From NCBI GenBank assembly GCA_964016885.1, contig OZ024741.1:407960001-408024000 (forward strand): a stretch of 64,000 bases of DNA, written 5' to 3'. Below are positions 24,001 through 34,742 of the stretch, in pieces; within the stretch, counting starts at the first letter, position 1; every line of letters begins with the position of its first letter. The position numbers and the translations under genes were made by a program. This stretch comes from Eledone cirrhosa (taxonomy: Eukaryota). The notes under the pieces were generated by a model. It had not been told where the DNA came from. It did not search any database and worked only from the letters and a program-made list of their open reading frames with translations.

Positions 24001-27000
24001 AGTAGTGTTGGTACTGGTGGTGTTGGTGGTAGTGTTGGTACTGGTGGTGTTGGTGGTAGTGTTGGTACTGGTGGTGGTGGTGGTAGTGTTGGTACTGGTG
24101 GTGTTGTTGTTGGTACTGGTACTAGTGGTGTTGGTGATAGTGTTGGTACTGGTGGTGTTGGTGGTAGTGTTGGTACTGCTGGTGTTGGTACTGGTGGTGT
24201 TGGTGGTAGTGTTGGTACTGGTGGTGTTGGTGGTAGTGTTGGTACTGGTGGTGTTGGTGGTAGTGTTGGTACTGGTGGTGTTGGTGGTAGTGTTGGTACT
24301 GGTGGTGTTGGTGGTAGTGTTGTTACTGGTGGTGTTGGTGGTAGTGTTGGTAGCGGTGGTGTTTGTGGTAGTGTTGGTACTGGTACTGGTGGTGTTGGTG
24401 GTAGTATTGGTACTGGTGGTGTTGGTGGTAGTGTTGGTACAGGTGGTGTTGGTGGTAGTGTTGTTACTGGTGGTGTTGGTGGTAGTGTTGGTAGCGGTGG
24501 TGTTTGTGGTAGTGTTGGTACTGGTACTGGTGGTGTTGGTGGTAGTATTGGTACTGGTGGTGTTGGTGCTAGTGTAGGTACTGGTGGTGTTGGTGGTAGT
24601 GTTGGTACTGGTGGTGTTGGTGGTAGTATTGGTACTGGTGGTGTTGGTGGTAGTGTTGTTACTGGTGGTGTTGGTGGTAGTGTTGGTAGCGGTGGTGTTT
24701 GTGGTAGTGTTGGTACTGGTACTGGTGGTGTTGGTGGTAGTATTGGTACTGGTGGTGTTGTTGGTAGTGTTGGTAATGGTGGTGTTGGTGGTAGTGTTGG
24801 TACTGGTGGTGTTGGTGGTAGTGTTGGTACTGGTGGTGTTGGTGGTAGTGTTGCTACTGGTGGTGTTGGTGGTAGTGTTGTTACTGGTGGTGGTGGTGGT
24901 GGTGGTAGTGTTGGTACTGGTGGTGTTGGTGGTAGTGTTGTTACTGGTGGTGTTGGTGGTACTGTTGGTACTGGTAGTGTTGGTGGTAGTGTTGGTTCTG
25001 GTGGTGGAGGTGGTAGTGTTGGTACTGGTGGTGTTGGTGGTAGTGTTGGTATTGGTGGTGTTGGTGGTAGTGTTGGTACTGATGGTGTTGGTGGTAGTGT
25101 TGGTACTGATGGTGTTGGTGGTAGTGTTGGTACTGTTGGTGTTGGTGGTAGTGTTGGTACTGGTGGTGTTGGTAGTAGTGTTGGTACTGGTGGTGTTGGT
25201 GGTAGTGTTGGAACTGGTGGTGTTGGTGGTAGTGTTGTTACTGGTGGTATTGGTGGTAGTGTTGGTATGGTAGTGTTGGTGGTAGTGTTGGTACTAGTGG
25301 TGTTGGTAGTACTGTTGGTACTGGTGGTGTTGGTGGTAGTGTTGGTACTGGTGTTGTTGGTGGTAGTGTTGTTACTGGTGGTGGTGGTGGTAGTGTTGGT
25401 ACTGGTGGTGTTGGTGGTAGTGTTGGTACTGGTGGTGTTGGTGGTAGTGTTGTTACTGGTGGTATTGGTGGTAGTGTTGGTACTGGTGGTGTTAGTAGTA
25501 GTGTTGTTACTGGTGGTGGTGGTGGTAGTGTTGATACTGGTGGTGTTGGTGGTAGTGTTGGTACTGGTGGTGTTGGTGGTAGTGTTGGTACTGGTGGTGT
25601 TGGTGGTAGTGTTGTTACTGGTGGTGGTGGTGGTAGTGTTGGTACTGGTGGTGTTGGTGGTAGTGTTGTTACTGGTGGTGGTGGTGGTGGTGGTAGTGTT
25701 GGTACTGGTGGTGTTGGTGGTAGTGTTAGTACTGGTGGTGTTGGTGGTAGTGTTGGTACTGGTGGTGTTGGAGGTAGTGTTGGTACTGGTGGTGTTGGTG
25801 GTAGTGTTGGTACTGGTGGTGGAGGTGGTAGTGTTGGTACTGGTGGTGTTGGTGGTAGTGTTGGTATTGGTGGTGGAGGTGGTAGTGTTGGTACTGGTGG
25901 TGTTGGTGGTAGTGTTGGTACTGGTGGTGGAGGTGGTAGTGTTGGTACTGGTGGTGTTGGTGGTGGTGTTGGTGCTAGTGTAGGTACTGGTGGTGTTGGT
26001 GGTAGTGTTGGTACTGGTGGTGTTGGTGGTAGTATTGGTACTGGTGGTGTTGGTGGTAGTGTTGTTACTGGTGGTGTTGGTGGTAGTGTTGGTAGCGGTG
26101 GTGTTTGTGGTAGTGTTGGTACTGGTACTGGTGGTGTTGGTGGTAGTATTGGTACTGGTGGTGTTGTTGGTAGTGTTGGTAATGGTGGTGTTGGTGGTAG
26201 TGTTGGTACTGGTGGTGTTGGTGGTAGTGTTGGTACTGGTGGTGTTGGTGGTAGTGTTGCTACTGGTGGTGTTGGTGGTAGTGTTGTTAATGGTGGTGGT
26301 GGTGGTGGTGGTAGTGTTGGTACTGGTGGTGTTGGTGGTAGTGTTGTTACTGGTGGTGTTGGTGGTACTGTTGGTACTGGTAGTGTTGGTGGTAGTGTTG
26401 GTTCTGGTGGTGGAGGTGGTAGTGTTGGTACTGGTGGTGTTGGTGGTAGTGTTGGTATTGGTGGTGTTGGTGGTAGTGTTGGTACTGATGGTGTTGGTGG
26501 TAGTGTTGGTACTGATGGTGTTGGTGGTAGTGTTGGTACTGTTGGTGTTGGTGGTAGTGTTGGTACTGGTGGTGTTGGTAGTAGTGTTGGTACTGGTGGT
26601 GTTGGTGGTAGTGTTGGAACTGGTGGTGTTGGTGGTAGTGTTGTTACTGGTGGTATTGGTGGTAGTGTTGGTATGGTAGTGTTGGTGGTAGTGTTGGTAC
26701 TAGTGGTGTTGGTAGTACTGTTGGTACTGGTGGTGTTGGTGGTAGTGTTGGTACTGGTGTTGTTGGTGGTAGTGTTGTTACTGGTGGTGGTGGTGGTAGT
26801 GTTGGTACTGGTGGTGTTGGTGGTAGTGTTGGTACTGGTGGTGTTGGTGGTAGTGTTGTTACTGGTGGTATTGGTGGTAGTGTTGGTACTGGTGGTGTTA
26901 GTAGTAGTGTTGTTACTGGTGGTGGTGGTGGTAGTGTTGATACTGGTGGTGTTGGTGGTAGTGTTGGTACTGGTGGTGTTGGTGGTAGTGTTGGTACTGG

Positions 27001-28490
27001 TGGTGTTGGTGGTAGTGTTGTTACTGGTGGTGGTGGTGGTAGTGTTGGTACTGGTGGTGTTGGTGGTAGTGTTGTTACTGGTGGTGGTGGTGGTGGTGGT
27101 AGTGTTGGTACTGGTGGTGTTGGTGGTAGTGTTAGTACTGGTGGTGTTGGTGGTAGTGTTGGTACTGGTGGTGTTGGAGGTAGTGTTGGTACTGGTGGTG
27201 TTGGTGGTAGTGTTGGTACTGGTGGTGGTGGTGGTAGTGTTGGTACTGGTGGTGTTGGTGGTAGTGTTGTTACAGGTGGTATTGGTGGTAGTGTTGGTAC
27301 TGGTGGTGTTGTTGGTAGTGTTGGTACTGGTACTGGTGGTGTAGGTGGTAGTGTTGGTACTGGTGGTGTTGGTGGTGGTGTTGGTACTGGTGGTGGTGGT
27401 GGTGGTGGTAGTGTTGGTACTGGTGGTGTTGGTGGTAGTGTTGTTACAGGTGGTGTTGGTGGTAGTGTTGGTACTGGTAGTGTTGGTGGTAGTGTTGGTA
27501 CTGGTGGTGTTAGTGGTATTGTTGGTACTGGTGGTGTTGGTGGTAGTGTTGGTACTGGTGGTGTTGGTGGTAGTGTTGTTACTGGTGGTGGTGGTGGTAG
27601 TGTTGGTACTGGTGGTGTTGGTGGTAGTGTTGTTACTGGTGGTGTTGGTGTTAGTGTTGGTACTGATGGTGGAGGTGGTAGTGTTGGTACTGGTGGTGGA
27701 GGTGGTAGTGTTGGTACTGGTGGTGGAGGTGGTAGTGTTGGTACTAGTGGTGTTGGTGGTAGTGTTGGTATTGGTGGTGGAGGTGGTAGTGTTGGTACTG
27801 GCGGTGTTAGTGGTAGTGTTGGTACTGGTGGTGGAGTTGTTAGTGTTGGTACTGGTGGTGTTGGTGGTAGTGTTGGTACTGGTGGTGTTGGTGCTAGTGT
27901 TGGTACTGGTGGTGGAGGTGGTAGTGTTGGTACTGGTGGTGTTGGTGGTAGTGTTGGTACTGGTGGTGTTGGTGTTAGTGTTGGTACTGGTGGTGTTGGT
28001 GGTAGTGTTGGTACTGGTACTGGTGGTGTTGGTGGTAGTGTTGGTACTGGTGGTGGTGGTGGTAGTGTTGGTACTGGTGGTGTTGGTGGTAGTGTTGGTA
28101 CTGGTGGTGTTGGTGGTAGTGTTGGTACTGGTGGTGTTGGTGGTAGTGTTGGTACTGGTGGTGGTGGTGGTAGTGTTGGTACTGGTGGTGTTGGTGGTAG
28201 TGTTGGTACTGGTGGTGTTGGTGGTAGTGTTGGTACTGGTGGTGGTGGTGGTAGTGTTGGTACTGGTGGTGTTGGTGGTAGTGTTGGTACTGGTGGTGTT
28301 GGTGGTAGTGTTGGTACTGGTGGTGTTGGTGGTAGTGTTGGTACTGGTGGTGTTGGTGTTAGTGTTGGTACTGGTGGTGTTGGTGGTAGTGTTGGTACTG
28401 GTGGTGTTGGTGGTAGTGTTGGTACTGGTGGTGTTGGTGTTAGTGTTGGTACTGGTGGTGTTGGTGGTAGTGTTGGTACTGGTGGTATTG
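1..28490. repeat. Giant 27-bp minisatellite array, about 1050 units, truncated by left window edge
   Basis: Continuous tandem copies of GGTGGTAGTGTTGGTACTGGTGGTGTT (24/27 bases G or T), with triplet-level variants (GTT, GAT, GCT, ATT, TGT) and mostly 3n indels; ends abruptly at about 28490. Confidence 0.98.
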
Positions 28491-28606
28491 TTAAAGACGA
28501 TGTTGACGACAACGATAATGATGTTGATATTTATTACGCTGCTGCAGCTGATGATGATGATGTAGATAAATATTATCAGGGCAATGGATTGGCTACAACC
28601 GGTTGA
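26675..28606 (+). CDS. Candidate C-terminal segment of a giant Gly/Val/Ser/Thr repeat protein (GGSVGTGGV)n with acidic tail IVKDDVDDNDNDVDIYYAAAADDDDVDKYYQGNGLATTG*
   Basis: Manual translation: the Gly frame is open from the last frameshift (about 26673) through the array end into 39 non-repeat codons and TGA at 28604-28606. No start codon in window, no nearby AATAAA seen, no expression evidence. Confidence 0.4.
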   Translation, partial: GSVGGSVGTSGVGSTVGTGGVGGSVGTGVVGGSVVTGGGGGSVGTGGVGGSVGTGGVGGSVVTGGIGGSVGTGGVSSSVVTGGGGGSVDTGGVGGSVGTGGVGGSVGTGGVGGSVVTGGGGGSVGTGGVGGSVVTGGGGGGGSVGTGGVGGSVSTGGVGGSVGTGGVGGSVGTGGVGGSVGTGGGGGSVGTGGVGGSVVTGGIGGSVGTGGVVGSVGTGTGGVGGSVGTGGVGGGVGTGGGGGGGSVGTGGVGGSVVTGGVGGSVGTGSVGGSVGTGGVSGIVGTGGVGGSVGTGGVGGSVVTGGGGGSVGTGGVGGSVVTGGVGVSVGTDGGGGSVGTGGGGGSVGTGGGGGSVGTSGVGGSVGIGGGGGSVGTGGVSGSVGTGGGVVSVGTGGVGGSVGTGGVGASVGTGGGGGSVGTGGVGGSVGTGGVGVSVGTGGVGGSVGTGTGGVGGSVGTGGGGGSVGTGGVGGSVGTGGVGGSVGTGGVGGSVGTGGGGGSVGTGGVGGSVGTGGVGGSVGTGGGGGSVGTGGVGGSVGTGGVGGSVGTGGVGGSVGTGGVGVSVGTGGVGGSVGTGGVGGSVGTGGVGVSVGTGGVGGSVGTGGIVKDDVDDNDNDVDIYYAAAADDDDVDKYYQGNGLATTG

Positions 28607-28639
28607 GCGACGAACAACATACTTTACAATATACAGATA

Positions 28640-28775
28640 CGTCACTTTATATTCTGAGTTCAAATACCGCCTTTCATCCTTACGGGGTCAAGTACCAGTA
28701 ATGTACCGAGGTCTATCTAATCGACTTTCCCTTCTCGCAAAATTGCTGGCCTTGAACCTAAACCATAAACCACAA
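28640..28775 (+). mobile_element. Degenerate tRNA-derived SINE copy
   Basis: CTGAGTTCAAAT...GCCTTTCATCCTTACGGGGTC...AAGTACCAGTAAT...AATTGCTGGCCTTG matches the other SINE copies in the window, with internal deletions. Confidence 0.8.
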
Positions 28776-29009
28776 GCTGCCCTCGTAGTCGAAAGACTCT
28801 CCATAATTATCATTTCTCTATGTCATGGTGTTGTCTCACGTATCATTGTTGATTTTCTAAACCATGGTGCAGCCTCGGGCCTGTATATTACAGTAACACC
28901 TTTATCCACGATATTGCATTGCTCAGGGTGGGCCTAAAATGCAGGTACAAGTTTTTATACCTCCGTCCCATGCCTATAGTTTATTCTGTGTGTAATGTTG
29001 TTATATGCG

Positions 29010-29142
29010 GCAGCATCAATGGAGCTGGCCAGCTGCAGGCGTGAGCCTCGCAATATGGAATGGCACTTCCAGCGCATCTTCCTTACCATTCTCCGGGAAA
29101 ACACCTTCTCTGTTCTGTCCGCCAGGGCTGAGGGGAGGCCAT
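29010..29142 (+). mobile_element. 3' fragment of RLE-type (CRE-like) non-LTR retrotransposon
   Basis: Translates ELASCRREPRNMEWHFQRIFLTILRENTFSVLSA; clearly homologous to the inverted copy at 42750-42870; resembles the QRxSxxxxRxNA C-terminal motif of CRE-type elements. Confidence 0.65.
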
Positions 29143-29215
29143 CAATATTATTACTTAACCCTTTCATTACCATATTTCTTTTGACTATCGAATCATTAAC
29201 ATGTAGTTGTTGAAT

Positions 29216-29217
<2 letters not shown>

Positions 29218-29274
<57 letters not shown>

Positions 29275-29287
29275 ATCTCTCTCTCTC

Positions 29288-29317
<30 letters not shown>
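29218..29317. repeat. (CA)n(CT)n compound microsatellite
   Basis: Directly visible. Confidence 0.97.
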
Positions 29318-29318
<1 letters not shown>

Positions 29319-29423
29319 TGCTTTCTACTTTTGTTACCTATGAACCTGTTATTTTTCTCTAAAAACATGTTTATTCCTTTTCCGCCCCGCTCGTCCTTTC
29401 AATCTTTCTAATTTCTCATTCTT

Positions 29424-29459
29424 TCTTCTGATGAAGGACTAGCCTCCGAAACGTTAAGA
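29424..29459 (+). ncRNA. Minimal type I hammerhead ribozyme (PLE pLTR remnant)
   Basis: Stem I TCTT/AAGA; CTGATGA at 29428; stem II GGA/TCC; GAAA at 29448; palindromic stem III ACGT followed by T. Confidence 0.65.
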
Positions 29460-29546
29460 CTCTCTTCCTGCTATTTCAAGCGTTGATCTAATATATTCCT
29501 TCTATGTACTGTACCGATTGTGTTGTTATTTCTGTTTACCTTTTAC

Positions 29547-29620
<74 letters not shown>

Positions 29621-30225
29621 GCGTCTGTTTGTGTGTGTTTATATATTAGTTTATGTGTATAAGCGTGTATGTGTGTGTATTTGTGTATGCATATGTATAT
29701 ATATATGTGTGGTGTGTGTCTATGTAAGCATGTGTTTATGTATGTCTGTATATGTGTATTTGTTCATGTATATGCCTCCCCCCTCCCCCCAGCGGCCGTT
29801 CAGTAGTAATGCCGGCTAGACATTCGTGACCAGTTTAGTATTAGTAGATTCTTTATAAGTAAGACTGGTTTGGTAGCTTGCTGGTTTTACAAGTAAAAGT
29901 TCACGCCTGTCTGACCGAAATACCATTCAGACAATTAGCAGTTTCAACGGATGCTGAAGTCCTCATTAGATCCAATTTGTGTTTGATATCACCTACATCA
30001 GACGACCATCATAACACATCCCTGGGATTCATGGCTTCCTTTTTATTGTTATGCTGTGTTTATTTATTTATTTTATTTATTTACTTATATATATATATTT
30101 TCTATACGACTACCTCAGGAGTTACGGGCCCATACATACATAATTCTCGTGACCTTTGGGCATCCTTGTATATATATATATGTATATATATATGTATATA
30201 TATATATATAAATATATATATATTG

Positions 30226-31159
30226 CCGTTAGACCTGTACGGAATTCCTTCCTTGCTCACATTCCAACCAGGTTTGATGGTCTTTATTCTCTCTCGTTCA
30301 AGATTTCACCGAATTATATTCATGGAAATTTGGGACTTGACTCCTTCTTCCTCACTTTTCGTTGCTTCACCATCTTTGTTTGTTTACACTCTCGTGTCCC
30401 CTTTATTTACGTGTCCCAACAACTTTTTTTAGCCGTTGCTCGCACCAACCGGAGGTATATGGTCTTTAAAGCGATGAAATACCAATGGTGGTTGGAAGAT
30501 CACTGATGAAGGTCTAACTTTATTCATATGTAACCCATTTGCAACTCCGCAGCACCTTTATTCTCATATTTACACATATTTTTTCCCCCGCTGTGACCCG
30601 TCTATTTCGTTCTTACTGCTTACTCTTTTTTTTGTATCTTTACCCTCTCTAATAGTCACTCTCTCTGTTAGCATCTTCCTCACCCTTCACTCACCCACTC
30701 TCTGTTATTACCTCTCCTCCTCCTCCTTCTTCCCGTTTGACCTGTGCGTAATTCTTTTCTTTCGCACGCTTGGTCAGGCTGGTTCGCTTTTTTTCTCTCT
30801 CGTCTACGATTTCACAGAACTTATGTTCACCGAATTCACAGACTAGATTCCTTCTTCCTCCCGTTAGACCTGTACGAAATTCCTTCCTTGCTCACATTCC
30901 AACCAGGTTTGATGGTCTTTATTCTCTCTCGTTCACGATTTCACCGAACTTATATTCATGGAAATCTGGGACTTGACTCCTTCTTCCTCACTTTTCGTTG
31001 CTTCACCATCTTTGTTTGTTCACACTCTCGTGTCCCCTTTATTTACGTGTCCCAACGACTTTTTTTTAGCCGTTGCTCGCAGCAACCGGAGGTATATGGT
31101 CTTTAAAGCGATGAAATACCAATGATGGTTGGAAGAACACTGATGAAGGACTAACTTTA

Positions 31160-31166
<7 letters not shown>
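30226..31166. repeat. Direct duplication, about 300-bp copies spaced about 635 bp apart (unclassified TE remnant)
   Basis: CCGTTAGACCTGTAC...CACTGATGAAGGNCTAACTTTATTCATAT occurs at about 30226-30529 and 30861-31166, near identical. Confidence 0.85.
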
Positions 31167-31232
<66 letters not shown>

Positions 31233-33074
31233 GGAAAAGATAGTTTTGGTAAAACAGGAGTAAGCAGGAGAAAGCTCTCAACAATCGTTGTTTTTAGTTA
31301 CGATGGAGAATTTTATGAAAATAATAAAATAAGATGCTGAGTGATTGATACCACCAACTCTGTGTACCTCTAAATTCCTTTTTATTGCTTTGGTGTTATT
31401 GTCGACAGGGTGGTACCGTCACCGCGACGAATACGACCTGTATACACGACGCTAATCTGTGTTTTTTTCTGTTGTTGTCGTTTGTTGCTGTTCTCGTTGT
31501 AAGTGTTTTTACTGTAGCTGTTGTTTTAGTTGTTGTTGTCAATAGGGTGATGGTATCAGCACGACCAGTGTGGACAACTATGTCGGCGGTTTGATGTTAT
31601 TGTCATTGTTGTTGTTGTAGTTGTCGTTGTTATTGTTGTCTATAGGTGGTCGTCAACTAAATGTATACCCCACCTCCCTCAGAGCTCCTTGTGTTCCTTC
31701 AACTGTCTACTGGGTTTTGGTTGCACACGGTTCTTCGTTCTTTTCTTCTTTTTTCGGTGATAGCTTTTTCTAACAAACGCGATGGCTGGCAAACCCTTCA
31801 AGGAACTCATATGTCTGCTGGGCGCACAGGCATTAGGATGTGTGTTTTCCTGCCAGCGGCATATCAAATATATCGATCTTCATCTGAGTAAACCGTTCTC
31901 ATAATCAACAGCAAATGCATGTAGGACACAACGTTTTGATGGAAAGGGCGTGAAAAATAAGGAGGGCATCCTGCATCAATATGAGGTCATTGATGTTGGC
32001 CCAAGTGGTAACAGTAAGCCAAAAGTAATGTCCTCAAGTTTCTTCCCACCCATCCTATATTTCGTTCTCTGGGTTCTGCTTTAAAATATTGTGAAGGTCG
32101 ACATCTCTTTACATCATTCCGGGGTCGATAGAATATAGCAGCATTTAAGTATTACAGTACATATTACAGACTGTGCATAGAAACGCGCAAATATGACACG
32201 GTGTATCTATGTTAAAGATCGATACTTCACCTGATTCTGAAGGTCACGTAATACTGAGTAAAATAAAAAATAAGATTTGTAAAATAATTTGTCGGTAAAA
32301 CTGATTAGAGAAATTGATATGTGAGAATTTGAGAGAGAAGGAGATAATAGTCAAACAGGAAAGAGAAAGAGGGAGATAAATAAAGGGAACAACTTTTAGA
32401 GAGAGAATGAAAGAGATGAAAGCATGAGACGAAGAGAGGGGGTAGACGGAGAGAAAGGGGGAGGGAGACAGGGAGAGAGAGAGAGAGAGAGAGAGAGAAA
32501 GTCATTGATAAAGATGGAAAGAAAAGCTTTTAAACGTTGTCTTCTGATTTCTACCGCAGAAAAGCTTTTAAAGTACGTATCCTGATTTCAGAGTTTCAAA
32601 AGCTGCGATATAAACAAGGTGTGCTGCATTTGGTTCAGATTATATAGAATCTATCGATATTCAACATTTTACATGTGTAATTCTGACAAAAACCTATAAT
32701 TATGTAATAGCTCTAAACGAGAGTACCCCAAGGTGATACATGTAAGTGAAATTATTCACAAACTAAACGTTTTAAAAGTTTAATTCTTTACTAAGAAAAT
32801 TCCATTTCGTTTTTGATTAAAGAATTTCTTAACATGTTGACGTTGTTTTTGTTATAGTTTTCTAGCCGCTGGTCGACGTTGAACGAGGTTATATATAGGC
32901 AAAGATCTTCCAGTCATGACCATCACAACATTTGATAGAGTTGGGAGTCCAGACCACGCTGTATCTCCCTCAGAACTACAGCTATGATGCACGTGTCTGT
33001 GAAATCCTGAGCTACTTCCACGTTAATTTCACTAACAAACTATTCTGCTGTAACGACGGCGACCCAACAATATA

Positions 33075-33261
33075 TTATTGTTTCTACTTTTGGCACAAGG
33101 CCAGCAATTATCCCAGTGTATTACTGGTACTCTATTTTATCGACCCCGTAAGGATAAAAGGCAAAGTTAACCTGGGTGGGATTTGAACTCAGAATGGCAA
33201 GGGCCGTAACTCTATGCATCAAAGCATGGCGTCCGACCCTCTACCGATACTGCCAATCCAC
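33075..33261 (-). mobile_element. tRNA-derived SINE, near full length (octopus-type)
   Basis: Minus strand has an A-box-like TGGCAGTATCGG and B-box GTTCAAATC, then the body TTTGCCTTTTATCCTTACGGGGTCGATAAAAT..GTACCAGT and tail GCTGGCCTTGTGCCAAAAGTAGAAACAA. Confidence 0.9.
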
Positions 33262-33875
33262 AGTAACATATTATATATGTTAATAAGCTGCTCCCGGGCA
33301 GCTACCCAGGTTTCAAAACCAAATGTAAATTCTACATATTGCTTTTACATCAAAACTTTCTCCGACATAAATTATGGCATTCAGAAAACAGAACTCTTAT
33401 TTAATTTTCTCAGGAATCCTTAAATCATATTTTTTATTAAACTTAAAATTCTCTACATTCCAAAAATGATGTAGAGGAAATCTTTATTTATTTACCAGAA
33501 GTTATTTCTCATTTCTTTCATTCGCCAAACTACATTCTGATTAGTGACTTTGAAATTAGGAAAAACATTTGCGGAGAGAAGCGAGAGTTGTTATGTAAAT
33601 AGACAAACATGGTATATGTAGTTTGATATTATTTATGGTTCTCATGGAGAGTTCAGTCGATAGAAGGTGACCATGCTGGAGCTCCACATTGACGTTATTT
33701 CATCGACCATATCGACTCCAGTATATTTTTTTTCAAGTCTGATCATTATTTTATCGATGACATTTGATCGAAACACGAAGTACATTCACGTAGAAAAAAT
33801 ACATAAAGACACGTATAAAATTACAAAAACACACAAATGCATACCCCCCCTCCACACACACACATTATGTATATA

Positions 33876-34200
33876 TAAGGCCAGCAATTACCCTAGTACA
33901 TTACTGGTACTTTATGTTATCGACCCCGTAAGGATGAAAGGTAAAGATAACCTCTGCGGGATTTGAACTCAGATCATAAAGGACCGTAACTCTTTGCTGC
34001 AAATCATGGCGTCAATAACGCTTTCTAGCAGATAACTTCCAGAGAAGAACAGAGTGAGAGAAAGTAAGGGAGAAAGAGACTTAGAGGAAGAATCGACCCC
34101 AGTACTAGACTGGTACTTCTTTTATCGACTTGGATTAGATGAAAAGCAAAGTTGACCTCAGTGTGATTTGAACTCAGGGAGCAGAGAGCCGGAACGAATA
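33876..34200 (-). mobile_element. Two partial SINE copies
   Basis: Same family motifs (GGTACTT..TTATCGAC..GATGAAA..GATTTGAACTCAG) at about 33876-34012 and 34090-34200. Confidence 0.75.
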
Positions 34201-34427
34201 TCCGATATTCTACGTGTGTCCACTGAAAAAGTTCATAGGCCGATTGCGAAGGAGTGTTGCTAGAGCTGTGAAATCTTGCATGTATTTCAACTCTTCTTAT
34301 TAATACCTGCTTTAGGAACTATGTTGAAAAATAAACCTCATTTGGTCATTCCATGAAAGTATCTTTGTCAGCCTCTGAAGGAGTGACGCTAGAGCTGTGA
34401 AATCTTGCATGTATTAATTTCAACTCT

Positions 34428-34528
34428 TCGAGGTTAACTTTGCCTTTCATCCTTACGGGGTCGATAAAATAAAGTACCAGTAATGCACTGGGTAATTGTT
34501 GGCCTTGTGCCAAAAGTAGAAACAATTA
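34428..34528 (+). mobile_element. 5'-truncated SINE interrupting a mariner-like remnant
   Basis: CGAGGTTAACTTTGCCTTTCATCC...AGTAGAAACAATT. The flanks (34210-34620) carry a locally duplicated segment starting with a TACG..CTGAAAAAGTTC TIR-like sequence. Confidence 0.7.
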
Positions 34529-34619
34529 ATAACTGAATTATTTCTTTCTAGTGACTATGTTCAAAACTAAACCTCATTTGGTCATTCCACGAGAGTATCT
34601 TGGTCAGTCTATGAAGGAG

Positions 34620-34742
34620 TGAGCATTGGGCTTGCAATCGAAAGGTTGTGAGTTCAATTCTCGGATCGGATGATGTGTTGTTTCCTTGAGCAAGACATTT
34701 TATTTCACGTTGCTCCAATTTACTCAGCTGTAGAAATGAGAT
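34620..34742 (+). mobile_element. Second SINE family, tRNA head plus CORE-like central domain
   Basis: B-box GAGTTCAATTC followed by TCCTTGAGCAAGACATTTTATTTCACGTTGCTCC; a related inverted copy lies at about 44065-44195. Confidence 0.65.

Noticed and set aside
1-28490. Telomeric repeat
   Set aside because: GT-rich, but no TTAGGG-type unit; the period is 27 bp with triplet substructure.
127-28512. Extensin-like (PTLPPTPPV)n ORFs on the - strand
   Set aside because: Recurrent in-frame TAA (127, about 2236, 4214, 4751, 5582, 11583, 14462, 16943, 18569, 19937, 23901), a stop just upstream at about 28531, and no ATG or clear acceptor at the array edge.
27-28565. Poly-Val/Leu ORFs on the + strand
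   Set aside because: By-product of T at every third base; thousands of uninterrupted hydrophobic residues are implausible, starts are GTG/TTG, and TAG stops occur (e.g. about 2876, 13125, 22616).
29930-29975. Minus-strand hammerhead-like CTAATGA..GAAAC
   Set aside because: Core mutated, and stems I/III cannot be closed convincingly.
31380-31660. Three acceptor-like (GTT)n..AG|GGTG sites and a GPI-signal-like peptide GDGISTTSVDNYVGGLMLLSLLLL*
   Set aside because: Explained by degenerate (GTT)n microsatellite; no supporting exon chain.
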